Of a DNA stretch of 64,000 nucleotides, positions 11,788-23,829 are shown piece after piece; within the stretch, counting starts at the first letter, position 1; every line of letters starts with the position of its first letter. A program made the translations under genes and the position numbers. Origin of the DNA: Octopus bimaculoides (taxonomy: Eukaryota); the NCBI RefSeq assembly GCF_001194135.2, contig NC_068997.1:11243355-11307354 (forward strand), written 5' to 3'. The notes under the pieces are model-generated. The model did not search any database, had not been told where the DNA came from, and saw nothing but the letters and a program-made list of their open reading frames with translations.

Positions 11788-11960
11788 TTCTCACTTTGGC
11801 GGCAAGTATGTAGAATTATTTGCACGACGGACAAAATGTTTTGTGGCATTTCGACCGTCCATAAGTTCTGCGTTCATATTCTGACGATGTAGCAGTAGTC
11901 ATTCATCAATTCGACGTTGATGAAATAGGTACCACCTTCCCTGTCTGTGGTCGACATATC
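11788..11960 (+). mobile_element. SINE family A, old diverged copy
   Basis: GGCGGCAAGTATGTAGAATTATTTGCACGACGGACAAAATG...GTTCTGCGTTCATATTC...GATGAAATAGGTACCA is colinear with the copy at 23612. Confidence 0.6.
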
Positions 11961-12464
11961 ATATGTCTCCAGAATTTGACATATCTTGCTTGTCATAGAA
12001 AAGCTTATCAGAAAGGTAGCGAGTTGGCAGAAACATTCATACACAGAAAGTGCTTGGTGATATTTCTTCCGTCTTTACCTTCTAATCAGAATTCCTTCGC
12101 GGAATTTTCATCACCCTTAAATGGAATTTTCATCACTGTTAAAGAAGTAAATTTCATTTCCACAGAAAAATAAAATAAACAGATATAAACGCCATTATAA
12201 GGCGGTGGTGGGGTGGAATGAACTCAAGGAAGATCACAAACGAAATGGCAGGATATGACTGGTGTTGTCTTGTTATTGCAGCCATAATAGTTGTAGCTAA
12301 TTGCTATTGACACTTTCAACATTAGTTCCTCTTTTGAGGTGGTGCTTCATTTTTAATTCCACATTTTCCATCTTCTCAGCATTCGAAGTTTCTATATAGA
12401 AATTAAATATTTCAAAACAAAAGCCTAGCAATCCGTCGGTTAAAATGACTTGTGTTCCGTGCAA

Positions 12465-12590
12465 ATGTGACAAGGCTCGCCCTTGGAATTACAGGTACTA
12501 ATCATTTTTGCCAACTGAATGGACTGCGCTGGACGAGAACTTAACTCACAACCGTGAGTCGAGTACCCTAACAGATAAGACATGGGCTTT
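12465..12590 (-). mobile_element. SINE family C-related fragment
   Basis: TCATTTTTGCCAACTGAATGGACTG...AACTCACAACCGTGAGTCGAGTACCCTAAC is an internally deleted relative of the 27377-27702 element. Confidence 0.45.
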
Positions 12591-12807
12591 CACAATTTCT
12601 ACACATGTCTTGGTATAGCGTTACGGCTTCGTTGTGTTATTAACTAATATCTGGCTGCTTGTTCCGTTTATTTTTACGTTTTCTATTTCATAAATTGTGA
12701 CATAAAGCGAACGACGTTTGGCAGTTGTAAGTATTAAAACCTTGAATTTTTTGTTTTTTTCGGGTGGTTCTAGTGTGGATTCACTTAACATGAAAGACGA
12801 AATATTT

Positions 12808-12966
12808 CAGGATAGGCACTGTGTTTCGTAGCGTTGCTTCTCGACTACATTCTTTTGGGTTCAGCCCTCCTAAGTATCACCTTGGGCAAGTGTCTTCTAC
12901 TATAACCTCGGGCCGACCAAAACCTTGTGAATGGATTTGGAAAACGGAAACTGAAAGAAGGCAATC

Positions 12967-13053
<87 letters not shown>

Positions 13054-13304
13054 CGTGCGTGAGAGTGAGTATCTTTTTATCTATATTTGTTTCCTCACCG
13101 GTCCTGATGTGTTGATGTCCCCGTAACTTAGCGGTTCGGTTAAAAAATTCGATACGGTAACTTAGCGGTTGGGTTAAAGAGATCTATTGTTTTTTTTTTA
13201 AAGAACAATAGATAAGCACTGTGGTCGATACATTCAACTAAGATTCCTTCAAGAGATGCCCCAGCACGGCCGCAATTTAATAGCTAAAACATGTAAAAGA
13301 TAAA
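12808..13304 (+). mobile_element. SINE family B, near full length, with internal (TA)n(TG)n
   Basis: tRNA-like head, CCTTGGGCAAGTGTCTTCTACTAT...GGAAACTGAAAGAAG, then the microsatellite, then CCCCGTAACTTAGCGGTTCGG...CCAGCACGGCCGCA...GTAAAAGATAAA. Confidence 0.85.
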
Positions 13305-13712
13305 CGGTTTGAATGAGGTATGCGAACAGTAGTTATAATGAAACGGTACATACTACAACCTTTCATTTCCATGTTGCCATATTCCAAAATAACATCTACA
13401 TTAAGGGAATGAATATCATTTTTGCCATTTTAGAATGAAATTACGATCGGTTACTGCCATTAATTTTAATAAAATATCGCTTTCCTGAAATGATGTTACT
13501 TAATATATTTTTTTCTCTCGAATAAACGAAATATTCTGTTTCATCACCTATACAATTGTAATTTTCCATATTTTAAAATATTGTTTCTGGAAAAGTTTGA
13601 TTAATTTTCTTTTTGTTATTAAAACACTTCCATTCAAGTGACATTTCATTTTGATTTTAATAATCAGACTACAAAAGGTTTGTATTTCATCAATGCAAAG
13701 ACGCAGGTGGAA

Positions 13713-13747
<35 letters not shown>

Positions 13748-15777
13748 GGATTATTTTAAGTAAAAATTACAGAGCAAGTCGGTAAAATACCGTAAAATGT
13801 CTTAGAGTTGCAAATTTAGTGTTAACGTAAACCTTTTTGCCTACGAGCTTCAAGCTACACGCTGCAGCACGATATGGTTTTAATATATTGAGCCTTCTAA
13901 CCTCATCTCATTTTCTTTCCTCTTCTCTCTTCCCTTTGTTCATTTTATTTTATGCATTTGTATTCACTCTCAAGAAACTCGATGTATTACCTAAAATTGA
14001 TATTGTATATAAAATTTTCTCACGAAGCAGTCAACTAACATTTCGGTTGAACTGGAAAACGAATTAAGAAATAAACAATTCTATTTACCTAATCAAATTT
14101 TCATGCGTATTTTATTGCGTCGTTTTATTCCTCGTGCATTTACCATTAAGTATATGCATTGCTGGCAAACATCCTAAATTTATGTAGAATGAAATCTAAA
14201 TCTTTCGAAATTAGATTTTGTGAGGTTAATTGTAAAAATGTTAAATGAAATAATTTCCCCAATGTTTTTTTCATTTATCTTATTCGCATTTCAAATATTC
14301 ATATTATTTTCAAACTTATTTTGTGCTTTCCATATTCCTCATCTTTTTCCCTATTCAATGTTTTCCGTATGTTCACTACTGTAATGGGTTCTTATTTTCC
14401 TGCAAAAGATTCCAATTTAATTCAAGGTTACTTAATTCACAATGTTCGTGACAGTATCAGAGAGCTTAAAACGTCACATCTCCCTATTTAACATACATGT
14501 TCATTGTCAAAATATAACCAACATTTTCACATTGAACTCTTCTGTCACTGCGTATGATAAGGTATTCATCTTACATTAAATCTTGAATTCTGTTCTCTTC
14601 TTTTCCGAATGTTTTTCTCGTGGTCGATGCTTTAGAATAATCGAGAAAATAAATCAAAATTTATATTTTTATACGTTATACATTTCTCTTACATTTTCAT
14701 ACATCATCGCCCTTTTTTTCTTTCCAACTAATTTTCGGATCAAACAATAACTTATTTTATAATATCTAGTAATTTTTCAATGCGTGAAATACGTTCAATA
14801 CGTTCATATCTCTTGATAAATAGGCGAATGCTCTAGTTACGCATATGCATCTATTTCTAAATGCAATACGGTTATGAGATAATCAGAAAGATTTACTAGT
14901 TTAGGAATTTCCTTTACAATTTTCAGAATGTTCTCTCCCCAAAGTTTTCATGAACGATGGAAATACATACCTATTATAAATGCAATCAAAAGTAACTAAA
15001 AAAAAAAGCCCAGTCTTTCATAGAGTAATTAGTCATCTATCATGAAACAAATATTTGCTTCCCTTCTATAATTATATTTAAATTTTCTTTTCTCTTCCAG
15101 ATAACGACTATGATGGCAAGTATTCTTGGAGCATAATTAGGAGTTTTATGGATGTAGACATAAAGTACATCTTACTCTATATAATTTATTTCTTACATTT
15201 GAAGCAATTGATAGCATGGCTAAGACACATTTGATGACTTAGAAATATTAGTATTATAATTCAGAACATCTTTTCTCTATCATTAGCAATAACCATCAAT
15301 ATGTGTAAAATATCATAGACATATATTTCGATATTTTGTTTAATTGCCGTAAATAATCAGGTGTTTCGAATATATTGTCTAGACTGATATATAGCAGCGT
15401 TAGACTGTCAGGCTCTCATTTTTTTTTCAGTTATAAGGTTGGTGCAGTTAAAAGAGATTCATATATACTAAGATGATTATTAAGATAATTATAGTCGTAA
15501 TGGTCATCATCATCATCATGAACGAAAACAACAACATGATCATCATCACCTAAAACGACATTGGAAAAGCATATTTATTATTCGACGTCGTAGATATTTA
15601 AATTTGCGCTTCATATTTTCGAATCTTAAATTCATCCGATGTGGCTAAACAAAATAAGCACCATAGTTCTAATGTGCCAATCAAATATATTATCAAAGGA
15701 GATGGATTATCATAGTAGATACTTATTAATGAAAATAGCTACTGAGAACCCGTTATATATACTGAAAAAACAAGACA

Positions 15778-15828
<51 letters not shown>
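15778..15828. repeat. (TA)n microsatellite
   Basis: Directly visible. Confidence 0.95.
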
Positions 15829-15829
<1 letters not shown>

Positions 15830-16199
15830 AGCTCAGAGATAGAATATGTAGAAATAAGAACTAAGTGATGGTTTTCAGTCATGCGGCGTAGATCAATAGA
15901 CGGACATAGTAAGGACGTGAATGGTCATAAGTCTAATCGATTAAGAAGCGAAGAGCAGAGTTAGTAAGTTGTTTTATTAATGGAAGGCTATACATTCTAG
16001 AAACTTCCAAGAGAAACGGTAAGCTTCTTGTATAATTATAAATCACGTCTCATGACACAGATATGTCGAGAAACTTAGGAAAGGGAGAGTACTCTATAAA
16101 CTCTCTTGCAAGTGAGATGATTCAACTATTTAGCTACGTAGACCAATACATATGTATTCTCATGCATAAAGTTCCATATTTAGACATGCTCATATGTAC

Positions 16200-16625
16200 T
16201 TAAATAATAAACTTCTGGAAAATTTTACAGATTTTTACAGTTCTATTTATGGATTGGGTCCCTAGTCTTTCTGGGGATGAGACGCCTAATTTCTGAAGAT
16301 TAGTATTTAGGCAGTGTGTTACATATGCTACTGCACCAATAATTAAAGGTATAAACCTGAGGATAGAGTAAATGCAAATTTCGCAATAGTTCAGCGTAGG
16401 TATTTTCATTTTCGCTTACCTTTATTTTTATATTAACATCCGCTCGACAGCGAATTTTCAAAACTGTACATAATTTCTCTTCCAGTCCCTGATCATTATA
16501 TCAGGTCTCTTATGTTTAAATTTTATTGAGGGTTTTAACCGGGTCTTTCCACCAGTTCTTTGTTTTATTATGAGTAGCAATAGCCTCCACATTGCTGAGG
16601 GTTCTTCGGGGTTATCCTTCCGATG
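16200..16625 (-). mobile_element. 5'-truncated RLE-type non-LTR retrotransposon (R2 superfamily), endonuclease domain
   Basis: Minus-strand frames join to VEAIATHNKTKNWWKDPVKT...KHKRPDIMIRDW...IRCRADVNIKIKVSENENTYAELLRNLHLLYP...FIPLIIGA..., showing the RPD...(D/E)xxCP...KxxxY...PxIxGA pattern of restriction-like endonucleases. Confidence 0.8.
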
Positions 16626-16627
16626 GA

Positions 16628-16786
16628 TGGATGTATAGTATGTATGCATGATATGTGTGTATGTGTGTAAGTATGTATGTATGTATGGATTATGTATGTA
16701 TATGTATGCATTCATGCATGTATGTATGTATGTATGCATGTATGTATGTACGTATGTATGTATGTATGTATATATGTATGCATACA
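16628..16786. repeat. (ATGT)n/(TACA)n microsatellite
   Basis: Directly visible. It abuts the 5' end of the RLE element. Confidence 0.95.
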
Positions 16787-17990
16787 CAGACAAGTAGATT
16801 TACAACAGTCGTTTGTTATAAAATATTTCATATCTCTTAATTCTATTGTCAGCAATGGTGAATTGACATTTGTAAGTAACATGTGTATTGAATTGATGTA
16901 CTTTGTCTAGGACGACCTTTATATTTACCTATGTTAAAGTTATGGTGTTTTAACATGACATTATATAAACGGTTTCATTTTTAAGTATACCTGAATATCT
17001 GGAGAGATTAGAGCATCTATGAGTATGTACATCAGACCTTACTGCAGTCTCGTGAATTGCCACTCAGATCAGACTGGCTAGTAATTCTCAGTGCTTTGTA
17101 GGATTTGAATCGGCAGTAACATTTAAGATCTGTGTGATACATATGTGTCCAATAGTTCTCTGATAGATTTACGTACGTCATATGTCTAAACATACATCTG
17201 TTAAATATTTACAAACAGCTACGTATTTTTTCTTCGGAATAGTCTTACAGTTCGTTATAATCTTTTAAATTCGACAAAGGCGTATCCGTTTAGAGACGAA
17301 ATAATGTACGATACCATTTAATAGTGCCATCATAATGTTCCTGGATTGACCTATTACCTTGGCTGAGATTAGTCAGGGAAACCATTGTAAATCGCATTTC
17401 AAGCTGACTTCATTTACCAAGCCATGATGTATTAGAGCAATACTGACTCTCTTAATGATTCGCTTAAATATAGTGGATGGAACCTCGTTCAAAGTTGTAG
17501 AAAGCAATACTTCTAAAATCCATTAATTACTAAGAATGTAATACACCAGAATAGGCTCAATGGGGCAACAATTGGGGATGTTTCCTTGCTGGAAATCATT
17601 GACATTATCATTAATACAATTAAAGCTACAGTCATTATAAGGCGAACATCTAATGATAAATTACTGACTACACATTTGCATTTACATATAAATTATGCAC
17701 TTAAGAGATACACGAATGTGTATAGATATTCAGGTGCAGGCATAGACATAGCATTAGAATGTTTTGTAATCCCCTGGCACAGTGCAACGCGTATTTAGTG
17801 TGCAGTAAAGTAGCTTTTTAGCTATATTAACAGTATTGCATTATACTACTATTGTTTCATTTTTTCGCTTAATCTATTTGTCAGCATACTATCTGCTTTA
17901 ATACTTGCACAGCCGTCATTTGCCAATGTTACTGAAGTAGTACCGATGCAATGTAATTATATTATATTATCTTGCATTATATACAGACTA

Positions 17991-17991
<1 letters not shown>

Positions 17992-18073
<82 letters not shown>

Positions 18074-18085
18074 CAGAGAGAGAGG
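17992..18085. repeat. (GATA)n microsatellite
   Basis: Directly visible. Confidence 0.97.
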
Positions 18086-18645
18086 GGGTGAACAGACATG
18101 GTATATAGATACATACAGATATTAATGAATATGTATAGAATTATCGAACGGTAAAATTAATATTTTCATTTAAAGATGTTAGAAAATATTTGAACATATC
18201 TCTCCCAAGACAGAAATATATGAAAATAATATAGGAAGTTAAGAGAAACATTATATTTAAAAAGTCAAAAGAACACAAACCTGTGCATTCCATAAAAAAA
18301 AAGATGAGACAAGTCCAATTTTGCATCATGATCGTGTTAAATGTTTCATAATGGCCAAACTACTTACCACGGATTTTTAGTTAGTCTTCGGTACATATCT
18401 TAATATACTGGATATCTAACTAAATATTTTCTTGAATAGGCTCATATTTTCTCATTCGGTTTGATCTGGCACTCATCGCAGTTTACAGAATCAAAAGTTA
18501 TCACTTCTTTTGAATAAATACTTGCAGGTTTTCGAAATGTTAATGCTTAAAATAAACAAATACGTTATCACAAGAAAATATTTGCTGCTTCAGGAAACAC
18601 CGAATTGTGAAATGCCGCAAAACGTATATTGATTTATGTGATGCA

Positions 18646-18647
<2 letters not shown>

Positions 18648-18711
<64 letters not shown>
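18648..18711. repeat. (ATT)n microsatellite
   Basis: Directly visible. Confidence 0.97.
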
Positions 18712-18713
<2 letters not shown>

Positions 18714-19009
18714 TTTATTATAGAAGCTTCTGTTAACGTTGTTTCTTCATTGTTTTACATTTAAAGGTATGTACACATAAACGCACAGATATTAAACATT
18801 ATTTTGTGATTGCACATCGGTGCTTTATTTTATTGGATTGTAAAGAAATGTATTAAATTTCTGTTTTTCATGACTGTCTTTAATTGCGTGGTAAGATGTA
18901 AGTCTAGATTTTTGTATTGACTTTCGCATTTCAAATATTGTTTGCTTCAACACGAAAGATTGCTCTCACTTCCTTTAGCGTTCGATCAAACTGTCAAGCA
19001 ATTATAGAA

Positions 19010-19750
19010 TCGATTGAATCCCTCCTACCGTAAAACAAAAGAATCATAACTGTGTAAGAAATTATTAATGCTGTGTACCAGTTATTTTAGAAGCAACCCC
19101 GAAACCATTTAGAGAATTATATTTCATGAAGTTAATCCCTGGATGGTGAAAATTCTTATAACATTTTCAGCTTCAATAGATTTGCTGCACTGATGCTGAA
19201 AATGCAGTCTTTTCTTTCGCAGGAAAATTATGGCAAAGGAATCCATGAAATAGAATGTAGTCTACCTAATACAACCATGGATAAAGTTATAGTGTGTAGG
19301 AAGATAAAGATATAGGTCTAGCATCTGTAAAAACTTAATTATCGTAGAATATTCCTGGTACTTAATACATCGTCCTGGTGAAGTTGCGAACTCTTCAGAC
19401 AAAATTATGTCCGAATAATAACAGATAAAACTACTTGGTTTAAGGTTTATATTTTCATGAATTCTCGTTTGCACTGTTCCAAAATCAATGCAGCATTTAT
19501 AATATTGATATTCAGCTGTACTCTGCAATGGGAAATAGCTTCAGATCACTAGGCAATACTTAGAGCATCGACGAAGGTGAACAGTTCGTCAGTATATACA
19601 ATAACTTCGAATCCAAATGGAAGCCATCACTTTGGCCTTACTTCTTCAGTTCTGATGCCATCTACAGCTGTCAGTATTCTTTTGCTGCTCATAAACGTAC
19701 CACTTATGCCCCAAGTTTTATTCAGGATTTAATCAGTACTGGAATATTTT
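19010..19750 (+). mobile_element. Highly decayed CR1/L2-type reverse transcriptase core
   Basis: Colinear remnants: RLNPSYRK (cf. RVTPLYKK), RNY*...I*RIIFHEVN (cf. NYRP...ILERIV), TTMDKVIVCRKIK/DIGL (cf. FDTVDHxILxxKL..GL), T*YIVL (cf. TQYVV), CSIYNIDIQLY (cf. YADDxQLY), SILFAAHKR (cf. KTESILF). Confidence 0.55.
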
Positions 19751-20904
19751 AATAAGAAGGAAAATTGTAAACAAGTATTTCATTACAAGATGTCTATTTT
19801 CTGATATGCTTCATATTTCCTATTCGTGTGTCCTAATATAAACAAGCGCTGAATTTTGATAGAATTGTATTTTGCCTGTATATAAAACAAGAACATATCA
19901 AGGCGATACCATTCCAATAAATTCATCAAATAAATGCTTTAAGAAATCGAACCTCTGCTTACTCGAACCTGACCTGGCACTAATTATGTAAATAGAAACG
20001 CCTTTCTTCTGTGTGTATCCAAATTGCTCACAGTATATTACTATATAAGACACGTCTAATTAATGCCGATAATTCCAATAAACGAAGCAATAACTCATTT
20101 TAAACCGAAGACGGAAACATATGATCGGTAGATTCTTCCTTTCGGAAAATCTTGAATAGATTAGCAATGAATACATGGTTGAAGTGATACTAAACACCTG
20201 CTTCTCAATTGTAAGAAATGTGATATCATTATCTCATTGAAATAGTGTCTGTAATGAGTATGCTTATCTATCAGTAAATTGGGTGCAATTATATAGTTAA
20301 AACTATTTTCAGAAATATGCAACAATATGAACAAATGTGAAATTCTCATAAGCAAAGATTATTAGTCACGTAAAGCTCTTCTTATGAAGCTCAATAATGA
20401 ACAATTTCAGTTTCAAATACCGCATTCGAAATCACCGAAGCCACAATTTGAATGTAGCCAAATTAATCCTGAAGCTTATTCTCATTTATCTTTTAGGTGC
20501 TGAATGAAAGTGCTCAGTTGAACAGAAGAAGAAAGAAAGAAAATACTTAAACGAATTTATTAAAATATGTAATGGAAATTACACATCGTTATTCTATAAA
20601 AATGGTATCACGAAACAAACATAATGTGTGTTAAAAGATTGTGTACGAGAAAGTGTAAGATGAAAAGGAAAAATTATCTCAATAAATGGCCTGAAAATGA
20701 AATACCAAAACATACTAATATCATATCTCCTTGTATGAACTTCTACTCATAAAAACAAAAGTAGTCAAGTAAAAAACGAAAAGAGCCACGTAGTTCTCAC
20801 CTAAAGATAATAAAGATGAGAGTAAGGTTTAGGCTCATATAAAAGCCAATAATGTACTTCAGCACAAATGAATCAAATCAATATCATTATTATAAAACCA
20901 TATA

Positions 20905-21121
20905 ATGCATCGGGCTGGCAGAATGGTTGGCACGCCGGGCCAAATACTAAGCGGTATTTCGTCTATCTCCACGTTATAAGTTCAAATGCTGCCGAAATCA
21001 ACTTCACCTGTCATCCTTTTAGGATCAATAAATTAAGTACCAGTTACGCACTGGAGTCGATGTAATCGACTTAATCACCCCTCCCCCCAAATTTGAGGCC
21101 TTGTGATTCCAGTAGAAAGGA
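20905..21121 (+). mobile_element. SINE family A copy
   Basis: GCTGGCAGAATGGTTGGCACGCCGGG...AGTTCAAAT...TCATCCTTTTAGGATCAATAAATTAAGTACCAG...GTCGATGTAATCGAC...AGTAGAAAGG. Confidence 0.9.
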
Positions 21122-21139
21122 TTATTATAAAACCACATA

Positions 21140-21341
21140 AGGCGGCGAGATGACAGACTCGTTAGTATACTGGGGGAAATGCTTAGCTGTATTTCGCTCG
21201 TTGCTATGCTCTGAGTTCAAATCCCGTAGAGGTTGACTTGCCTTTCATCCTTTCGGGATCGAAAACTTAAGTACCAGTTGAACACGGGTCGGTGCATTCA
21301 ACTCATCCCCAAGCTACCCCTGTGGCAAAAATTTGAAATAT
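21140..21341 (+). mobile_element. SINE family A copy, different 3' tail
   Basis: GGCGGCGAGATGACAGACTCGTTAG...GAGTTCAAATCC...CCTTTCATCCTTTCGGGATCG...AAAATTTGAAA. Confidence 0.85.
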
Positions 21342-23611
21342 TTATTATAAAACTGTATATTTTACCAAGACACATTTTGGATAGTTTGACATGATTGCTT
21401 AAACAAAATGCTGAATAAGTTGCTAAATCATTATTTTAACATAATGGACTATCATAAAGTAAGTGAGAAAGGAACGAAAAGGAATATCAAAGGAATTTGA
21501 ACGACTATTAATTATCATGCCGTGTTTGCAAATTACTACTTTATCTTTAGATTCGCTAGTTGAAGGCTGAACATTATATTAAATGCATATATAATGTTGT
21601 TACAAATCACAACGAAATAGCTCAATAATTTATAAAAACAAAATAACAATATTATAGCAAAAGAAGGAGAAGAGTCTGAGAAGAAGAATAAATAAATATC
21701 TTCCATTTTAATTCTAAGTAAAAATGGATGAACGTCAATGATGAAAGAACTGAAGATCAAAGAAAAGTGGCTGATATTCGAAAATACGAATTAATGTGGG
21801 AAGAAGACACCAGACAAATGTTTGCTATAAAGAAAAGCACAAATAAAAATTTACAATAGATTTTCTATTTAATTTTGCTCATCGCAAAACTACTTTTAAT
21901 TTATACTTTTTTTATGAATAGCGCCTAATACACTTGAAAACAGTACGAAATGATACAACGTAATACTATATATCATACGGTATGATGCTCCGTGACATAA
22001 ATTATTACGCTTTTATAAGAAATGCATTAAGTGATTAATCTTGTTACTTATATACACAACACTATTTGCTGATGTTGATATGCAATCACGATATAAACGG
22101 AACAAAAGCACGCAGATAGTTTTCTCAAAAAATAAATAAACGCTTAAAACATTCTTTGGATAGTAACCTCAATACTTGAGTGTTACAAAGCGACGTCTAA
22201 TTTAGATGTACACAATATATAGATTATAATATTGATAATAAAGAATGCTTCCATTACAGCAAATATTCATCTAAGAGGTATGACTTTATAAGTTTGTTAC
22301 GTTCATGATATTCCAGTCATTTGGGGTTATATTAAACGTGAAGGAACAACAGTATGACGGTCCAATGTTTTGTAAGGTTCGGTAATCTAGAAACGCATTA
22401 AGAAATATGTCATCACCGTTTCAAAGTGTGATTTGAGAAGAATGTTTTGCAGGGTTTCAAACTTGTAGTGTTATCATTGTAGACTAACTGGTTGTTATTA
22501 CTAGCTGGTCTTACGTTGTCTCAAGTTATGTTACAATCTCTAACTTTGATGAATATAATGCAGACTCTATTAATGATATCTGATCCCTATCACGAAGTGA
22601 TTATAACGGATGTTATAATCGTATTTCTTTGCTGATGAATTAACCACAATAATACATGAAAAAAATGACAAAAATTAACATACATACAGTATCTAAAATA
22701 AATGTATTGCAAAAAAACCCCAAAAAACATAGAATCCTAGACATATTCAATATTTTCAGTACAATGGAAAAAGGAGAGCCAGAATAAAATTCTGATCTGA
22801 CAGCTTTATGCAATGATACCCCAATAACGTAATTTCAGTTAAGGGAAAATTTGACATTTAGGTTCGCTCTGGGCTAAGTATTAGAAGAGAGAATCGAGTC
22901 GAATAAATAGCAAGTCTATTGCATGTGACTAAAAAGTATATCTTATCACTTTCGGAAAAAGGTGAGACCAAGTTGGCATTGGCGTGATTCGAAATCAAGT
23001 TATAAAGGAACAGAATATATAATAATTCCGATTGCTATTAGAAAACAACTATTTTCATCAATCTCTGCTCCATTAAAGACGAGATCAAGTCTGCTATGAA
23101 TTAATTTGCATCCGAATACACGAAAATGATTTTTGTTCTGCTCTGGAGGTCAATAAATAATAAATAACCTGAAAAGACATTTTTATCCTTCTCATAGACA
23201 TCTTTCATTCAATTAATATTTTACTAATCATTCCTGAATCTAGGAATAACTGTACGGATAGCAGTTCACCTACTCGGTTTGTTAACTAATTTATATTTTA
23301 TTGCAAAGAGATATAATAAATAGATTCATGAGGATATGATAATATTATCTAATCAACATTTATTAGTTACTAGAATTTTCAAGAAAGATATTATTATTAA
23401 CGCGTATACCCAAATGAGAGAGATTTATTTATTAGCGTTTGTTTATTCTAGAATATCAAATAAACATACTTTATGAAAAATAAAATGAAATGTTCACCAT
23501 CGCTCGATGCCCAGTTATAAGTAATATCAGATCCAGTATGGTGGCAATTGAACTGGGTAAAGATCTTGGCGACTTGGATAAATTCCATTTGCAATATTTG
23601 TTGTGGTTCTA

Positions 23612-23829
23612 AGGCGGTGAGCTGGCAGAACCCTTAGCGCGCCGGGTGAAATATTTAGCGGTATTTCGTCTGTCTTTGAGCTCTGTGTTCAAATTTCGCC
23701 GAAGTCGACTTTGCCTTTCATCGTTTCGGAGTCGATAGATTAAGTACCAGTTGCGTACTGGATCGATCTAATCGACTGACTCCCTCCCCAAAAATTTCGG
23801 GCCTTGTACCTAGAATAGAAAAGATTATT
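23612..23829 (+). mobile_element. SINE family A, full-length young copy (central domain resembles MetaSINE-type cores)
   Basis: AGGCGGTGAGCTGGCAGAA head, B-box-like GTTCAAATT, GTCGACTTTGCCTTTCATCGTTTCGGAGTCGATAGATTAAGTACCAG, tail CCTAGAATAGAAAAGATTATT. Imperfect TSD TTTGTTGTGGTTCT / TTTGCTTTGGTTCT. Confidence 0.92.

Noticed and set aside
15080-15235. Acceptor at 15100 with frame DNDYDGKYSWSIIRSFMDVDIK
   Set aside because: Good pyrimidine tract but only weak donors and no recognisable protein. Such signals are common by chance in this base composition.
19205-19315. Strong-looking splice acceptor TTTCTTTCGCAG at 19222
   Set aside because: It lies inside the decayed RT relic, the frame ends in a stop after 30 codons, and there is no good donor.
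19260-20110. Long plus-strand frame interrupted mainly by TAA/TAG, suggesting a ciliate-type genetic code
   Set aside because: The same region shows colinear CR1/L2 RT motifs with frameshifts. The stops fit ordinary decay (CAA to TAA, TGG to TAG), and the context is metazoan repeat DNA.
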